From: an uncultured delta proteobacterium | GTDB lineage: Bacteria; Myxococcota; Myxococcia; SLRQ01 | Direction of reading: 5' to 3' | NCBI GenBank assembly: GCA_963727485.1 | Contig: CAVSGM010000011.1 | Span: 896,001-960,000, forward strand | Length of the DNA: 64,000 nucleotides | Shown here: piece after piece, positions 43,494 to 54,123 of the stretch | How the letters are laid out: each line of letters starts with the position of its first letter | Position numbering within the stretch: position 1 is the first letter of the stretch | Notes under the pieces: model-generated | What the model was told of the DNA's origin: nothing | The model's input: the letters and a program-made list of their open reading frames with translations, nothing else | Database searches by the model: none | Program-made: the position numbers and the translations under genes

Positions 43494-43577
43494 GGACCCA
43501 TCATCCTACCGTACCTGCCACCTGGGGCCCACCGGCCCCGGCAGGTGTCACCCCCAGTTCACCCGAGGGAGGGCGCC

Positions 43578-43958
43578 ATGACCGGCCCCCGGATCCAGAC
43601 CTTCGCAGCCTTCTGGCCCTACTACCTGGGCGAGCACCGCCACCCGGTGAACCGGGCCCTCCACTACGTGGGCACGACCCTCACCCTCGTCGCCGCCGGC
43701 CTCGCCGTGGCCACCCGCCAGCCCCTCTGGCTCCTGGGGATGCCCGTGGGGGGCTACTTCTTCGCCTGGATCGGCCACTTCGGCGTGGAGCACAACCGGC
43801 CGGCGACCTTCACCTACCCCCTGTGGTCCCTCGCCGGCGACTACCGGATGTACCTCACCTTCCTCAGCGGCCGCCTCGGGCGCCACCTGGCGGCGCTGCC
43901 CCCGGCTGGACCCCAAGGCGCTGGAAACAATGGCGAAAGCCCCGGCGTCGTCCCCTAG
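43578..43958 (+). CDS. DUF962/Mpo1-like membrane protein
   Basis: FWPYYLGEH..NRALHYVG, AWIGHFGVEHNRPATF.YPLWS. Confidence 0.9.
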   Translation: MTGPRIQTFAAFWPYYLGEHRHPVNRALHYVGTTLTLVAAGLAVATRQPLWLLGMPVGGYFFAWIGHFGVEHNRPATFTYPLWSLAGDYRMYLTFLSGRLGRHLAALPPAGPQGAGNNGESPGVVP

Positions 43959-44002
43959 CTGCGGTCCTGACGCCGGCGCCGCCGTGTGGTATGGAGGGCT
44001 CC

Positions 44003-44758
44003 ATGTCCGGTCACAATCGTTGGACGAAGATCAAGCGCCAGAAGGAGGCCCTCGGGGCCACCAAGGGCACGCTGTTCACCAAGCTGATCAAGGAGATCAC
44101 CATCGCCGCCCGGGAGGGCGGGGGCGATCCCGACGGCAACGCCCGGCTGCGCGCCGCGATCACCGCGGCCAAGGAGGGCAACCTCCCCAAGGACAACATC
44201 GAGCGGGCCATCAAGAAGGGCACCGGCGAGCTCGAGGGGCAGAACTACGAGGAGGTCGCCTACGAGGGCTACGGCCCCGCCGGGGTGGCGCTGCTGGTGG
44301 AGTGCGTGACCGACAACCGCAACCGCACCGGCGGTGAGATCCGCCACCTCCTGTCCAAGGGGGGCGGCAACCTGGGCGAGACCGGCTCGGTGGCCTGGAT
44401 GTTCGATCGCAAGGCGGTCATGGAGCTCTCCAAGGACGATCTCACCGAGGAGCAGGCCATGGAGGCCGCCCTCGAGGTCGGCGCCGAGGACGTCCTCGAC
44501 GCCGGCGACGTCTGGGAGGTCCGCGCCGAGGCCAGCGAGTTCAAGAACGTGCTCACCGGGCTCGAGGGCCGGGGGCTCGCCCCCCACGAGGCGAAGCTCG
44601 CCTACATCCCCAAGAACACGGTGAAGGTCGAGCACGACGACGTCGCCAAGGTCCTGCGCCTGGTCGAGGCCCTCGAGGACAACGACGACGTGGGCAACGT
44701 CTGGGGCAACTTCGAGATCGACGACGACGACCTCGAGGACGAGGCCGCCGCGAGCTGA
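44003..44758 (+). CDS. yebC: YebC/PmpR family protein
   Basis: MSGHNRW..IK, NLPKDNIERAIKKG, YEGYGPAG, TDNRNRT. Confidence 0.97.
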   Translation: MSGHNRWTKIKRQKEALGATKGTLFTKLIKEITIAAREGGGDPDGNARLRAAITAAKEGNLPKDNIERAIKKGTGELEGQNYEEVAYEGYGPAGVALLVECVTDNRNRTGGEIRHLLSKGGGNLGETGSVAWMFDRKAVMELSKDDLTEEQAMEAALEVGAEDVLDAGDVWEVRAEASEFKNVLTGLEGRGLAPHEAKLAYIPKNTVKVEHDDVAKVLRLVEALEDNDDVGNVWGNFEIDDDDLEDEAAAS

Positions 44759-44801
44759 CGGCGGCGCCGGCCCCCCGCGTTTCTGGTAGCCTGCCCGCGC
44801 C

Positions 44802-45317
44802 ATGCGCGTCGTTGGGATCGATCCCGGCACCCGGGTCTGCGGCTGGGGCGTCGTCGAGGTCAGGGGCAACCGCCTCGTCCACCTCGATCACGGGGTGGTG
44901 CGCCTCGCCGGGGCGCTCCCCGCGCGCCTCGCCGTCCTCTTCGACGCGCTCACCGGGGTCCTCGCCGAGCACCGGCCCACGGTGATGGCCGTCGAGGGCG
45001 TGTTCACCCACAAGAACGCCCGGAGCGCCCTGGTCCTCGGTCACGCCCGGGGGGTGGCGCTCCTGGCCGCGGCCCGCGCCGGCCTCGAGGTCCACGAGTA
45101 CGCGCCGGCGGTGGTCAAGAAGTCGGTGGTGGGCACCGGGCGCGCCGAGAAGGCGCAGATCCAGCGGATGATCGCCGCCCTCCTCAACATCCCCGCCCCC
45201 AAGGTCGCCGACGCCGCCGACGCCCTCGGGGTCGCCGTGTGCCACGTCCACCACCAGGGGGGCGCCGGGGCCGCGAGCTCGGTGGTCCGCCACCGCCCCA
45301 CCGGGACCGGCCGATGA
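44802..45317 (+). CDS. ruvC: Holliday junction resolvase RuvC
   Basis: GIDPG, AVEGVF, LGHARG, DAADAL. Confidence 0.97.
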   Translation: MRVVGIDPGTRVCGWGVVEVRGNRLVHLDHGVVRLAGALPARLAVLFDALTGVLAEHRPTVMAVEGVFTHKNARSALVLGHARGVALLAAARAGLEVHEYAPAVVKKSVVGTGRAEKAQIQRMIAALLNIPAPKVADAADALGVAVCHVHHQGGAGAASSVVRHRPTGTGR

Positions 45318-45901
45318 TCGCGCGGCTCCACGGCAAGGTCACCGACAAGGGCGTGGACCACGCCATCGTCGACGTGGGCGGGGTGGGCTACCGGGTCCAC
45401 GCCTCGGTGGGCACCCTGGCGTCGCTGCCGCTGGGCGACACCGCGACCCTGCGCATCCACACCCACGTCCGCGAGGACGCCCTCGACCTCTACGGCTTCG
45501 CCGACGAGATCGAGGAGCTGGTCTTCCACGAGCTCATCGCCACCCCCAACATCGGGTGCAAGAAGGCCATCACCATCCTCTCCGGGCTCCCGGCCGAGGA
45601 GATCGTCGACGCCATCCGCGCCGGCGACGCCCCGCGCCTGGCGAAGGCCCACGGGGTGGGCAAGAAGACCGCCGAGCGCCTGGTGGTCGAGCTCAAGGAC
45701 CGCCTCGACCGCTTCGCCCCCGGGGCCGCCGGGAAGGCCCCCGGGGGGACGCTCACAGACGACCTGGTCAGCGGCCTGACCAACCTCGGCTACAAGGGCG
45801 AGGCGGCGGCGGCGGCGGCGGAGCAGGTCCTCGCCGAGATCGGCGGCAACGACCTCTCGACCCTGCTCCGCGAGGCCCTCGGACGCCTGCGCAAGCGCTG
45901 A
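45314..45901 (+). CDS. ruvA: Holliday junction protein RuvA
   Basis: [35 protein letters not shown]. Confidence 0.97.
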   Translation: MIARLHGKVTDKGVDHAIVDVGGVGYRVHASVGTLASLPLGDTATLRIHTHVREDALDLYGFADEIEELVFHELIATPNIGCKKAITILSGLPAEEIVDAIRAGDAPRLAKAHGVGKKTAERLVVELKDRLDRFAPGAAGKAPGGTLTDDLVSGLTNLGYKGEAAAAAAEQVLAEIGGNDLSTLLREALGRLRKR

Positions 45902-45917
45902 CGGTGGGCATCTGCTA

Positions 45918-46958
45918 GTGTCGCCGCCGATGGACGAGCTGCGCGCCATCGATCCCGCCGGTGGCGAGGACGACCGGGTCCTCGACCTCTCCCTGCGCCC
46001 CCGGCGCTTCGGCGAGTTCGTGGGGCAGGGCGAGGTCGTCGGCAAGCTGCGCGTCTACGTCGAGGCGGCGCGGCGCCGGGGTGGGGCCCTCGACCACACG
46101 CTGCTCTGCGGCCCCCCGGGCCTCGGCAAGACCAGCCTCGCCCACATCCTCGCCGCCGAGCTCCAGGTGGACATCCACGTCACCAGCGGCCCCGCCATCG
46201 AGCGCAAGGGCGACCTCGCCGGCATCCTCACCTCGCTCCAGCGCGGGGACATCCTCTTCATCGACGAGATCCACCGGATCCCGCGGGTGGTCGAGGAGAG
46301 CCTCTACACCGCCATGGAGGACTACGAGTTCGACGTGGTCATCGGTGAGGGGCCCGCGGCCCGGAGCGTGAAGCTGGGCCTCGAGCCCTTCACCCTCATC
46401 GGGGCCACCACCCGCACCGGCCTGCTCACCGGGCCCATGCGCGACCGCTTCGGCATCGTCGAGCGCCTGAACTTCTACGACCCCGTCGACCTCGGGGCCA
46501 TCGTCGCCAGGAGCGCCGGGATCCTCGGGGTCTCGGTGGAGGCCGCGGGCGTCGCCGAGATCGCGCGCCGGGCCCGGGGCACCCCGCGGGTGGCCAACCG
46601 GCTCCTGCGCCGGGTCCGCGACTTCGCCGAGGTCGAGGCCGACGGGATCATCACCGGGGACGGCGCCCAGGGCTTCCTCGGCCGCCTCGAGGTCGACGCC
46701 CTGGGCCTCGACGCCATGGACCGGCGCATCCTCGAGACCATCATCGACAAGTTCGACGGCGGGCCCGTGGGCCTGGGGACCATCGCCGCCGCGGTGGGCG
46801 AGGCGTCGGATACCCTGGAGGAGGTGTACGAGCCGTTCCTGTTGCAGGAGGGGCTGATCCAGCGGACGCCGCGGGGGCGGGTGGCGACGGCGACGGCGTA
46901 TCGGCACCTGGGGCGGACGCCGACAGCCGGACGCGGGCCCCAGGGCGGGCTGTTCTAG
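45918..46958 (+). CDS. ruvB: Holliday junction helicase RuvB
   Basis: [41 protein letters not shown]. Confidence 0.98.
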   Translation: MSPPMDELRAIDPAGGEDDRVLDLSLRPRRFGEFVGQGEVVGKLRVYVEAARRRGGALDHTLLCGPPGLGKTSLAHILAAELQVDIHVTSGPAIERKGDLAGILTSLQRGDILFIDEIHRIPRVVEESLYTAMEDYEFDVVIGEGPAARSVKLGLEPFTLIGATTRTGLLTGPMRDRFGIVERLNFYDPVDLGAIVARSAGILGVSVEAAGVAEIARRARGTPRVANRLLRRVRDFAEVEADGIITGDGAQGFLGRLEVDALGLDAMDRRILETIIDKFDGGPVGLGTIAAAVGEASDTLEEVYEPFLLQEGLIQRTPRGRVATATAYRHLGRTPTAGRGPQGGLF

Positions 46959-47147
46959 AGGGGCGCCGCGGGCGAGTAGGGCGACGGGCGCACGCGGAAC
47001 GGCGGACGGCGAACGGCGGACGGCGCAGTCGACCTCGCGGCGGGTGCTCATCGAAGGCGTTCAGGCGCCAATTGGCACGGCCCCTGAGTCTGTGTTGCTC
47101 AGGTGCCGGATCAAACGCTCATGCTGAGAGCGACCCAGGCGCCCCCG

Positions 47148-48047
47148 CTACCCAACGGCCACGAACTCCGCCTCCCCGTGTATCGCCACGTAGTCCCGCC
47201 GCATCCCCCCACACCGCGCCCGGAACCGGCACCCGGCGCACCCGGGGTGGTAGTACCCGCCCTCGATCGGCGACGCCTCGAGCTTGAACGCATACCCCCC
47301 AGGATTCGCCACCAGCAGATCCAGCGCCGCCGCGTGGAAGAGCACCCGGTGCATCGCCTCCGGCACCACGCACGGCGGCGTGTGCAGCGAGGTGATGAAG
47401 TCCGGCCGCTCCGAGAGCCCGAGGTCCAGCGCCGCCTGGATCCGCGGAACCAGCTCGCTCATCCGGGGCACCTGGCCCTCGAGCCCCGCGCCGGCCTCGC
47501 CGGTGGCCGAGAAGAGCCAGAGGTTGAACCGGGCCACCCCGAGGCCGTGGTAGACGCGGACCATCTCCGGGAGCTGGTCGAGGTTGTCCCGGTAGAGGAG
47601 GAGGTCGCCCTCGAGGGCGAGGCCCAGGTCCCGACAGCGACCGAGGCCCTCGACCAGGAGCGCGTGGGCCCCGGGCGTCCGGGAGAGGGCGTCGTGGCGC
47701 TCGGCGGTGGCGCCCTTGATGGAGAGGTTCACCTCGGTGACCCCGGCCTCGGCGCACCGCGCGGCGAAGTCGGCGTAGGCGAGCATCATCCCGTTGGTCT
47801 GGAGCTTCACCCGCTCGTAGCCCAGGCGCCGGGCGCGCCGGACCAGGCCCATCAGGTCCCGGCGCAAGGTGGGCTCGCCGCCGCCGAGCCAGAGGAAGCG
47901 CGCCCCGGCCTCGCGCCCCCGGACCAGGGTCGCCACCGCCTCCTGGGTGTCCATCCCGGCGCCGCCCTCGGCCCCGGAGACCGAGAAGCAGCCCAGGCAG
48001 CGGTTGTTGCACCGGTAGTCGGCGCTGATCTCCAGCCAGGTGGCCAT
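47148..48047 (-). CDS. Radical SAM protein, HxsC-like, with C-terminal CxxCxxxxxCxG
   Basis: CNNRCLGC, GGEPT, QTNG, PPCVV, CAGCRFRARCGG. Confidence 0.85.
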   Translation of the reverse strand: MATWLEISADYRCNNRCLGCFSVSGAEGGAGMDTQEAVATLVRGREAGARFLWLGGGEPTLRRDLMGLVRRARRLGYERVKLQTNGMMLAYADFAARCAEAGVTEVNLSIKGATAERHDALSRTPGAHALLVEGLGRCRDLGLALEGDLLLYRDNLDQLPEMVRVYHGLGVARFNLWLFSATGEAGAGLEGQVPRMSELVPRIQAALDLGLSERPDFITSLHTPPCVVPEAMHRVLFHAAALDLLVANPGGYAFKLEASPIEGGYYHPGCAGCRFRARCGGMRRDYVAIHGEAEFVAVG

Positions 48048-48154
48048 CCGGGCCCATTCTCGCCCGGGGACCGACGGCCGCGAAACCCCCTGCATCCTGC
48101 TTGATTACCCGGACCCGGGTGCTATAAACGCGGCGCGTCAAGCCTTGTGCACCC

Positions 48155-48174
48155 CCGTGACAGCCCTGTCACGG
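48155..48174. promoter_or_regulatory. Perfect inverted repeat, candidate enhancer/regulator site
   Basis: CCGTGACAG-CC-CTGTCACGG in the divergent radical SAM/lpxC region. Confidence 0.5.
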
Positions 48175-48302
48175 TTCGGCGCCTCCCCCGGGGAACGCGC
48201 CGGGCGAGGGGCGGGTGAGGCCCGCGACGACAGCACGCCATACCGCCGGAACTCCTGGCGAATCCCAGATAAGACGCGCGCACGCCCGGTTGCCCTTGAA
48301 GC

Positions 48303-48318
48303 TGGCATCGGGATTGCT
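48303..48318 (+). promoter_or_regulatory. Sigma54 -24/-12 promoter upstream of lpxC
   Basis: TGGCAT-CGGGA-TTGCT. Confidence 0.65.
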
Positions 48319-48441
48319 CGCACTTGCGCGATCCCCGACGAATCCACGAGCCCGCTCACGCTCAGCCGCCCGGCGCCTGCGCGCCCCGGCGACCCGCTCC
48401 AGCTCCCTCGCTCACGGCATCTCGCAGGAGACCACAGGCCC

Positions 48442-49380
48442 ATGCTTCGCATCTACCAGCGCACCCTCTGCCGCACCGTCGGCACCTCGGGGATCGGGCT
48501 TCACTCCGGGCGCAAGATCAACGTGACCATCTCCCCGGCGGCCCCGGACACCGGCGTGGTCTTCGTCCGCACCGACCGGACGCCCATGGTCGAGATCCCG
48601 GCCACCCCCCACCACGTGGTGGACACCCAGCTCGCCACCACCCTGGGCACCACCCGGGGCGGCGAGTCGGTGCGGGTGGGCACGGTGGAGCACCTGCTCT
48701 CCGCCCTCTACGGCCTGGGCATCGACAACGCCCGGGTCGAGCTCGACGGGTCCGAGGTTCCGGTGATGGACGGCAGCGCCGGGCCCTTCGTCTACATGCT
48801 CCGCAGCGCCGGCATCCAGGTGCAGAAGCGCTTCAAGCGGTTCATGGTGGTGCGCCGTCCGGTGGAGGTTCGTGACGGCGAGAAGCGGGCGAGCCTGACC
48901 CCCGCCCGGAGCTTCGGGGTCACCGCCACCATCGACTTCGACCACCCCCTGATCCGCAGCCAGAGCTACCGCTTCGAGTTCTCCGACAAGGCGTACCACA
49001 AGGAGATCAGCCGGGCGCGGACCTTCGGGTTCCTCCGGGACGTGGAGCAGATGAAGGCCGTGGGCCTCGGGCTCGGGGGCAGCCTCGACAACGCCATCGT
49101 CATCGACGACTTCAGCATCCTCAACCCCGACGGCCTGCGCTTCCCCGACGAGTTCGTGCGCCACAAGATCCTCGACACCCTCGGGGACCTGGCGCTCCTG
49201 GGGATGCCGGTCATCGGGCACCTCACCGCGGTGAAGAGCGGCCACGCCCTCGACCACGCGCTCACCACCTCGCTGCTCGCCGATCCCGAGAACTTCGAGA
49301 TCATCGAGGTGCGCGAGCCCGCGGATCTCGGCCGCTTCGACGTGGCCATCCCCGCCTTCGGCGTCGCCGAGGCGGTCTAG
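48442..49380 (+). CDS. lpxC: UDP-3-O-acyl-GlcNAc deacetylase
   Basis: QRTL, GIGLHSG, TVEHLLSAL, ARTFGF, HKILDTLGDL, KSGH. Confidence 0.98.
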   Translation: MLRIYQRTLCRTVGTSGIGLHSGRKINVTISPAAPDTGVVFVRTDRTPMVEIPATPHHVVDTQLATTLGTTRGGESVRVGTVEHLLSALYGLGIDNARVELDGSEVPVMDGSAGPFVYMLRSAGIQVQKRFKRFMVVRRPVEVRDGEKRASLTPARSFGVTATIDFDHPLIRSQSYRFEFSDKAYHKEISRARTFGFLRDVEQMKAVGLGLGGSLDNAIVIDDFSILNPDGLRFPDEFVRHKILDTLGDLALLGMPVIGHLTAVKSGHALDHALTTSLLADPENFEIIEVREPADLGRFDVAIPAFGVAEAV

Positions 49381-49532
49381 GCGACCTCGGCCGGGGCAGG
49401 CGCGCCCGGGCGAGAGGCGGCGGCGAGGCTCCACGCCCAACGACGCCCGTTCACGTAGCCTCGCCGCCGGATACCTGTTCTACCGGCGGCGTCGCCAGGG
49501 CGCAAGCGGGCTCACGCCGCCACCGTCGGCGG

Positions 49533-51107
49533 CTACTTCGCCTTGCCGCGCTGGGCCTGGGCGGCGATGCGATCGTCGAGGTCGGCGGTCCACCGGAGCA
49601 CCGGCGACCGGGCGGCCCGGGTCTCGTCGAGGCGCCGGCGCACGGTGCGGGTGGGGGCCTCGTGGAGCACCTCCGGCGTCTCGCGCGCCTCCCGGGCGAC
49701 CTGGGCCATGGCGGCGACGAAGGCGTCGAGGCCCTCGCGGGGCTCGGTCTCGGTGGGCTCGATCATCAGCGCCCCGGGGACCACCAGGGGGAAGTAGACC
49801 GTCGGCGGGTGGACGCCCAGGTCGATGAGGCGCTTGGCCACGTCCATGGTGGTGCAGCCGGTGTCCTTGAGGCCCTTGTCGCTGAACACCGCCTCGTGGA
49901 GGATCTCGGCGGGGAAGCCCAGCTGCCAGGCGCCGTTCTCCGGCTGCTGGAGGGCGTGGCGCAGGTAGTTGGCGTTGAGGACCGCCAGCTCCGCGGCGCG
50001 GCGCAGCCCGGCGGCGCCCATCTCCCGGATGAAGGTGTAGGCGCGGACCAGGACCCCGAAGTTGCCGTAGAAGGCCTTCACCCGGCCGATGCTCTCGGGG
50101 CGGTCGTGGTCGAGGCGGAAGCCCTCGCCGTCCCGGACCACCACCGGCCCGGGGAGGAACGGGAGCAGCGCCTCGGCGACCCCCACCGGCCCGGCCCCGG
50201 GCCCGCCGCCCCCGTGGGGGGTGGTGAAGGTCTTGTGGAGGTTGAAGTGCATCACGTCCACGCCCATGTCCCCGGGCCGCGCCTTCCCGAGCAGCGCGTT
50301 CATGTTGGCCCCGTCCATGTAGACGAGGCCGCCCTTGGCGTGGACCGCGTCTGCGATCTCGGCGATGTGGGGCTCGAAGATCCCGAGGGTGTTGGGGTTG
50401 GTGATCATCAGCCCCGCCACGTCCTCGTCCATGGCGTCGCGGACGGTCTGGGCGTCGACGTAGCCCTCGGGGCCCGCGTGGATCTGGACCACCTGGTAGC
50501 CGGCCAGGGCGCTGGTGGCGGGGTTGGTGCCGTGGGCCGAGGCGGGGACCAGGACCTTGGCCCGGGGCGTCCCGTGGCGCGCCTCGTGGTAGGCGCGGAT
50601 CATCAGGACCCCGGTGAGCTCGCCCTGGGCCCCGGCGGCGGGCTGGAGGGTGGCCCCGGCGAAGCCGCCGATCTCGGCGAGCGCCCGCTCGAGGTGCCAC
50701 ATCAGCCCCAGCGGCCCCTGGAGCCGCGCCTCGGGGAGATAGGGGTGGGCGCCGGCGAGACCCGGCAGCCTCGCCGTCGCCTCGTTCACCCTCGGGTTGT
50801 ACTTCATGGTGCACGAGCCGAGGGGGAAGAGGCCGGTGTCGATGCCGTAGTTCCACTGGGAGAGCCGGGTGAAGTGGCGGACCACCTCGGGCTCGGAGAG
50901 GGCGGGGAGGCCCTCGTCGCCGCTGGCGTCCCCGCGCAGGTAGCGCTCGGGGATCTCGCTTCGGGGCTCGGCCTCGGGGACGCCGGGGTCGGGGAGCGAG
51001 GCGCCGCTTCGGCCCGGGGCGCCGCGCTCGAAGAGCAGCGGCTCCTCGAGGACCAGGCCGGTGGTGCCCGCGGGGAGCTCGGGGCGGGGACGCTTCACCT
51101 CGCTCAT
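49533..51107 (-). CDS. gcvPB: Glycine decarboxylase subunit 2
   Basis: [38 protein letters not shown]. Confidence 0.97.
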   Translation of the reverse strand: MSEVKRPRPELPAGTTGLVLEEPLLFERGAPGRSGASLPDPGVPEAEPRSEIPERYLRGDASGDEGLPALSEPEVVRHFTRLSQWNYGIDTGLFPLGSCTMKYNPRVNEATARLPGLAGAHPYLPEARLQGPLGLMWHLERALAEIGGFAGATLQPAAGAQGELTGVLMIRAYHEARHGTPRAKVLVPASAHGTNPATSALAGYQVVQIHAGPEGYVDAQTVRDAMDEDVAGLMITNPNTLGIFEPHIAEIADAVHAKGGLVYMDGANMNALLGKARPGDMGVDVMHFNLHKTFTTPHGGGGPGAGPVGVAEALLPFLPGPVVVRDGEGFRLDHDRPESIGRVKAFYGNFGVLVRAYTFIREMGAAGLRRAAELAVLNANYLRHALQQPENGAWQLGFPAEILHEAVFSDKGLKDTGCTTMDVAKRLIDLGVHPPTVYFPLVVPGALMIEPTETEPREGLDAFVAAMAQVAREARETPEVLHEAPTRTVRRRLDETRAARSPVLRWTADLDDRIAAQAQRGKAK

Positions 51108-52444
51108 GACGCGCCTCCGAGGGCCGCGGCCAGGGCGTCGATCTCCTCGGGGTCGTGGACCTCGGTGAAGGTCACCAGGAGGCCTCGGGCCAGCGCGGGA
51201 TCGTCGTAGAAGCGCCGGACGGCGAGGCCCCCCTCGAGGCCCGCGTCGGCGACGCGCGCGAGGGCGGCGTCGGGATCCCCGGCGTCGACCACGACCTCGT
51301 TGAACACCGGCCCGGTGAACACCGGCTTCACCCCGGCGGCGGCGAGCCGGTCCCGGGCGTACCGGGCGCGCAGCCAGTTGAGGCGCCCGAGCTCGCGGAC
51401 CCCGTGGCGCCCGAGGAGCGCCAGGTGGATGGTCGCCGCGGTGGCGCAGAGGCCCTGGTTGGTGCAGATGTTGGACGTCGCCTTCTCCCGCCGGATGTGC
51501 TGCTCCCGGGTGGAGAGGGTGAGGACGAAGCCCCGGCGGCCGTCGACGTCGACGGTGGCGCCGCACAGCCGCCCGGGGAGCTGCCGGAGGAACCGCTCCC
51601 GGGCGGCGAAGAAGCCCACCGAGGGGCCGCCCAGGCTCATGGCGTTGCCGAAGCTCCCGAGCTCGCCCACGGCGAGGTCGGCGCCGAGGGTGCCCGGGGC
51701 CGCCAGCAGCCCCAGGGCCACCGCCTCGGCGGTGGTGGTCACGGTGAGCGCCCCGGCGGCCGAGGCGAGCCGGGCCACCTCGTCCACCGGCTCCACCACG
51801 CCGAAGAAGTTGGGGTAGCCGACGATGACGCAGGCGACGTCGTCGCCGAGCGCCCCCTCGAGGGCCGCGAGATCGGTCTGCCCCGTCGCCGCGTCGAAGG
51901 GCACCTCCTCGAGGGTGGCCTCCCCGTGGCGCAGGTAGGTGGCGACCACCTGCCGGTACTCGGGGTGCACCGCCCGGCTCACCAGGACCCGCGTCGCCTT
52001 GCGCTTGAGCCGCAGGGCCATGAGGGCGGCCTCGGCGGTGGCGTGGGCGCCGTCGTACATCGAGGCGTTGGCCACCTCGAGGCCGGTGAGGGCGCAGACC
52101 ATGGTCTGGAACTCGAAGATGGTCTGGAGGGTCCCCTGGCTGATCTCCGGCTGGTAGGGCGTGTAGGCGGTGAGGATCTCGCCGCGCAGGAGCAGCTGCG
52201 AGACCGTGGCCGGGACGTGGTGGGGGTAGCAGCCGGCGCCGAGGAACGGCCGGCCGCCGGTCTGGGCCTGCAGCGACGCCAGGTGCTCGACGAGGTGGCG
52301 CTCGTCGAGGGCCGGGGGCAGGTCGAGGTCTTCCTGGCGGCGGAGCGGGGCGGGGATGGCCTCGAAGAGATCGTCCACCGAGCGCTTGCCCAGGACCTCG
52401 AGCATCGCCTGGACCTCGTCCGGGCCGTGGGGAAGGTAGCGCAT
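51104..52444 (-). CDS. gcvPA: Glycine decarboxylase subunit 1
   Basis: [36 protein letters not shown]. Confidence 0.97.
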   Translation of the reverse strand: MRYLPHGPDEVQAMLEVLGKRSVDDLFEAIPAPLRRQEDLDLPPALDERHLVEHLASLQAQTGGRPFLGAGCYPHHVPATVSQLLLRGEILTAYTPYQPEISQGTLQTIFEFQTMVCALTGLEVANASMYDGAHATAEAALMALRLKRKATRVLVSRAVHPEYRQVVATYLRHGEATLEEVPFDAATGQTDLAALEGALGDDVACVIVGYPNFFGVVEPVDEVARLASAAGALTVTTTAEAVALGLLAAPGTLGADLAVGELGSFGNAMSLGGPSVGFFAARERFLRQLPGRLCGATVDVDGRRGFVLTLSTREQHIRREKATSNICTNQGLCATAATIHLALLGRHGVRELGRLNWLRARYARDRLAAAGVKPVFTGPVFNEVVVDAGDPDAALARVADAGLEGGLAVRRFYDDPALARGLLVTFTEVHDPEEIDALAAALGGAS

Positions 52445-52454
52445 GCCGCTTCGG

Positions 52455-52847
52455 CTAGCCTTCCTCCGCCTCGACGTGGGCGGCGTAGGCCTCGGAGTCC
52501 ATGAGGCCGTCCCAGTCCGTGTCGTCGTGGGGGGTGATGCGGATCATCCAGCCCTCGCCGTAGGGGTCGTCGTTCACGACCTCCGGGGTGTCCGAGAGGC
52601 TGTCGTTGATGTCCGCGACCTTCCCCGACAGGGGCGCGAAGAGCTCGCTGACGGCCTTGGTGGACTCGACGCTCCCGAAGGGCTCGCCGGCGGTCACCTC
52701 CTCGCCGGGCTCCGGCAGCTCCACGTAGACCACGTCGCCGAGCTGGGCCTGGGCGTGATCGGTGATGCCCACGGTGATGACGTCATCGTCGTGGCGGGCC
52801 CACTCGTGGTCCGTGGTGTAGCGGAGGTCTTCGGGGATCGAGGCCAT
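52455..52847 (-). CDS. gcvH: Glycine cleavage H protein
   Basis: [22 protein letters not shown] lipoyl motif, NDDPYGEGW. Confidence 0.98.
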   Translation of the reverse strand: MASIPEDLRYTTDHEWARHDDDVITVGITDHAQAQLGDVVYVELPEPGEEVTAGEPFGSVESTKAVSELFAPLSGKVADINDSLSDTPEVVNDDPYGEGWMIRITPHDDTDWDGLMDSEAYAAHVEAEEG

Positions 52848-52913
52848 CCTGCGGCTCCCTTCATGCGGGTTGGGGGGCCTTCCTATGCCACCGTCCGGCG
52901 GAGCGTCAATGCC

Positions 52914-53993
52914 TCACCGGGAGACGAAGGGCGTCTTCACCACCTCGGCGGCGGCGGGGCGTCCCCGGAGGTCGATTCGGAGGCGGGTGCCGGGGGCGGC
53001 CAGGGCGGTGGGGACGTAGGCGAGGCCGATGGGCTCCCGGAGGGTGGGGCTCATGGTGCCGCTGGTGACCTCCCCCACCGCCTGGCCCGCCTCGTCGAGG
53101 ACCTTCATGTGGGGGCGGGGGATGCCCTTGTCCACCAGCTTGAAGCCCACGAGCTTGCGGGTGGGGCCGGCGGCCTGCTTCTCCACCAGGGCGTCGCGGC
53201 CGACGAACTCGCCCTTGTCGAGCTTGACCACCCAGCCGAGGCCCGCCTCGTAGGGGTCGTGGTCGGCGTCGATGTCGTTGCCGTAGAGGGCGAGCTTGTA
53301 CTCGAGGCGCAGGGTGTCCCGGGCCCCGAGCCCGCAGGGGACCGCCCCGGCGCCGACCACCGCGTCCCACAGCGCCACCGCGCGGTCCGCCGGGCAGAAG
53401 AGCTCGAAGCCGTCCTCGCCGGTGTAGCCGGTGCGGGCGACGATGCAGGGCACGGAGGCGACCTCGCCCTCGACGAAGCGGAACTTCTTCACCGACGCGA
53501 GGTCGAGCCCGGTGAGCCCCTGGACCAGCGCCGGGGCCTTCGGGCCCTGGACGGCGATCTGGGCCCAGGCGTCGGAGGCGTTGCGGAGGGTGGCCTGGCC
53601 CTTGAGGTGGGCCCGCATGTGGGCGAAGTCCTTGTCGCGGTTGGCGGCGTTCACGCAGACGAGGATGCGCTCCTTGGAGAACCGGTAGACGACCACGTCG
53701 TCGACGAAGCCCCCATCCTCGGCGAGGAGCCCGGCGTAGACCGCCCGCCCGTCCTCCAGATCCGCGACCCGGTTGGTGACCAGGTGGTCGGCGGCGGCGG
53801 CGGCGCCCGGGCCCTCGATGAAGACCTCGCCCATGTGGGAGACGTCGAAGACCCCGGCGGCCTCGCGGACGGCCCGGTGCTCGGCGAGGACGCCCTGGTA
53901 CTGCACCGGCATCTCGAAGCCGGCGAAGGGGACCATCCGGGCCCCAAGGGCCAGGTGGCGATCGTGGAGGGGGGTGCGCTTCGGGTCGCTCAT
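52914..53993 (-). CDS. gcvT: Glycine cleavage T protein
   Basis: RTPLH, FDVSHMG, RTGYTGEDGFE, GLGARDTLRLE. Confidence 0.98.
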   Translation of the reverse strand: MSDPKRTPLHDRHLALGARMVPFAGFEMPVQYQGVLAEHRAVREAAGVFDVSHMGEVFIEGPGAAAAADHLVTNRVADLEDGRAVYAGLLAEDGGFVDDVVVYRFSKERILVCVNAANRDKDFAHMRAHLKGQATLRNASDAWAQIAVQGPKAPALVQGLTGLDLASVKKFRFVEGEVASVPCIVARTGYTGEDGFELFCPADRAVALWDAVVGAGAVPCGLGARDTLRLEYKLALYGNDIDADHDPYEAGLGWVVKLDKGEFVGRDALVEKQAAGPTRKLVGFKLVDKGIPRPHMKVLDEAGQAVGEVTSGTMSPTLREPIGLAYVPTALAAPGTRLRIDLRGRPAAAEVVKTPFVSR

Positions 53994-54123
53994 GTCGCCT
54001 CCGGGGCCTCGAGGGGGCGGCAATATAGCCGGGCGCCGCCGGGTCCGCCACCTCGGCGGGGGGAGCGCCGGCGGGGCGTCAGGGCGCTTGCCCCCCAGGG
54101 GTCCGGCGGGGTACCGATGAGCC

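Noticed and set aside
47073..47088. Sigma54-like TGGCACG (also near 61410 on the minus strand)
   Set aside because: No -12 TTGC element.
53994..54123. Glycine riboswitch upstream of gcvT
   Set aside because: Region is short and lacks the GGAGA/CCGAAG/CTCTCAGG elements.
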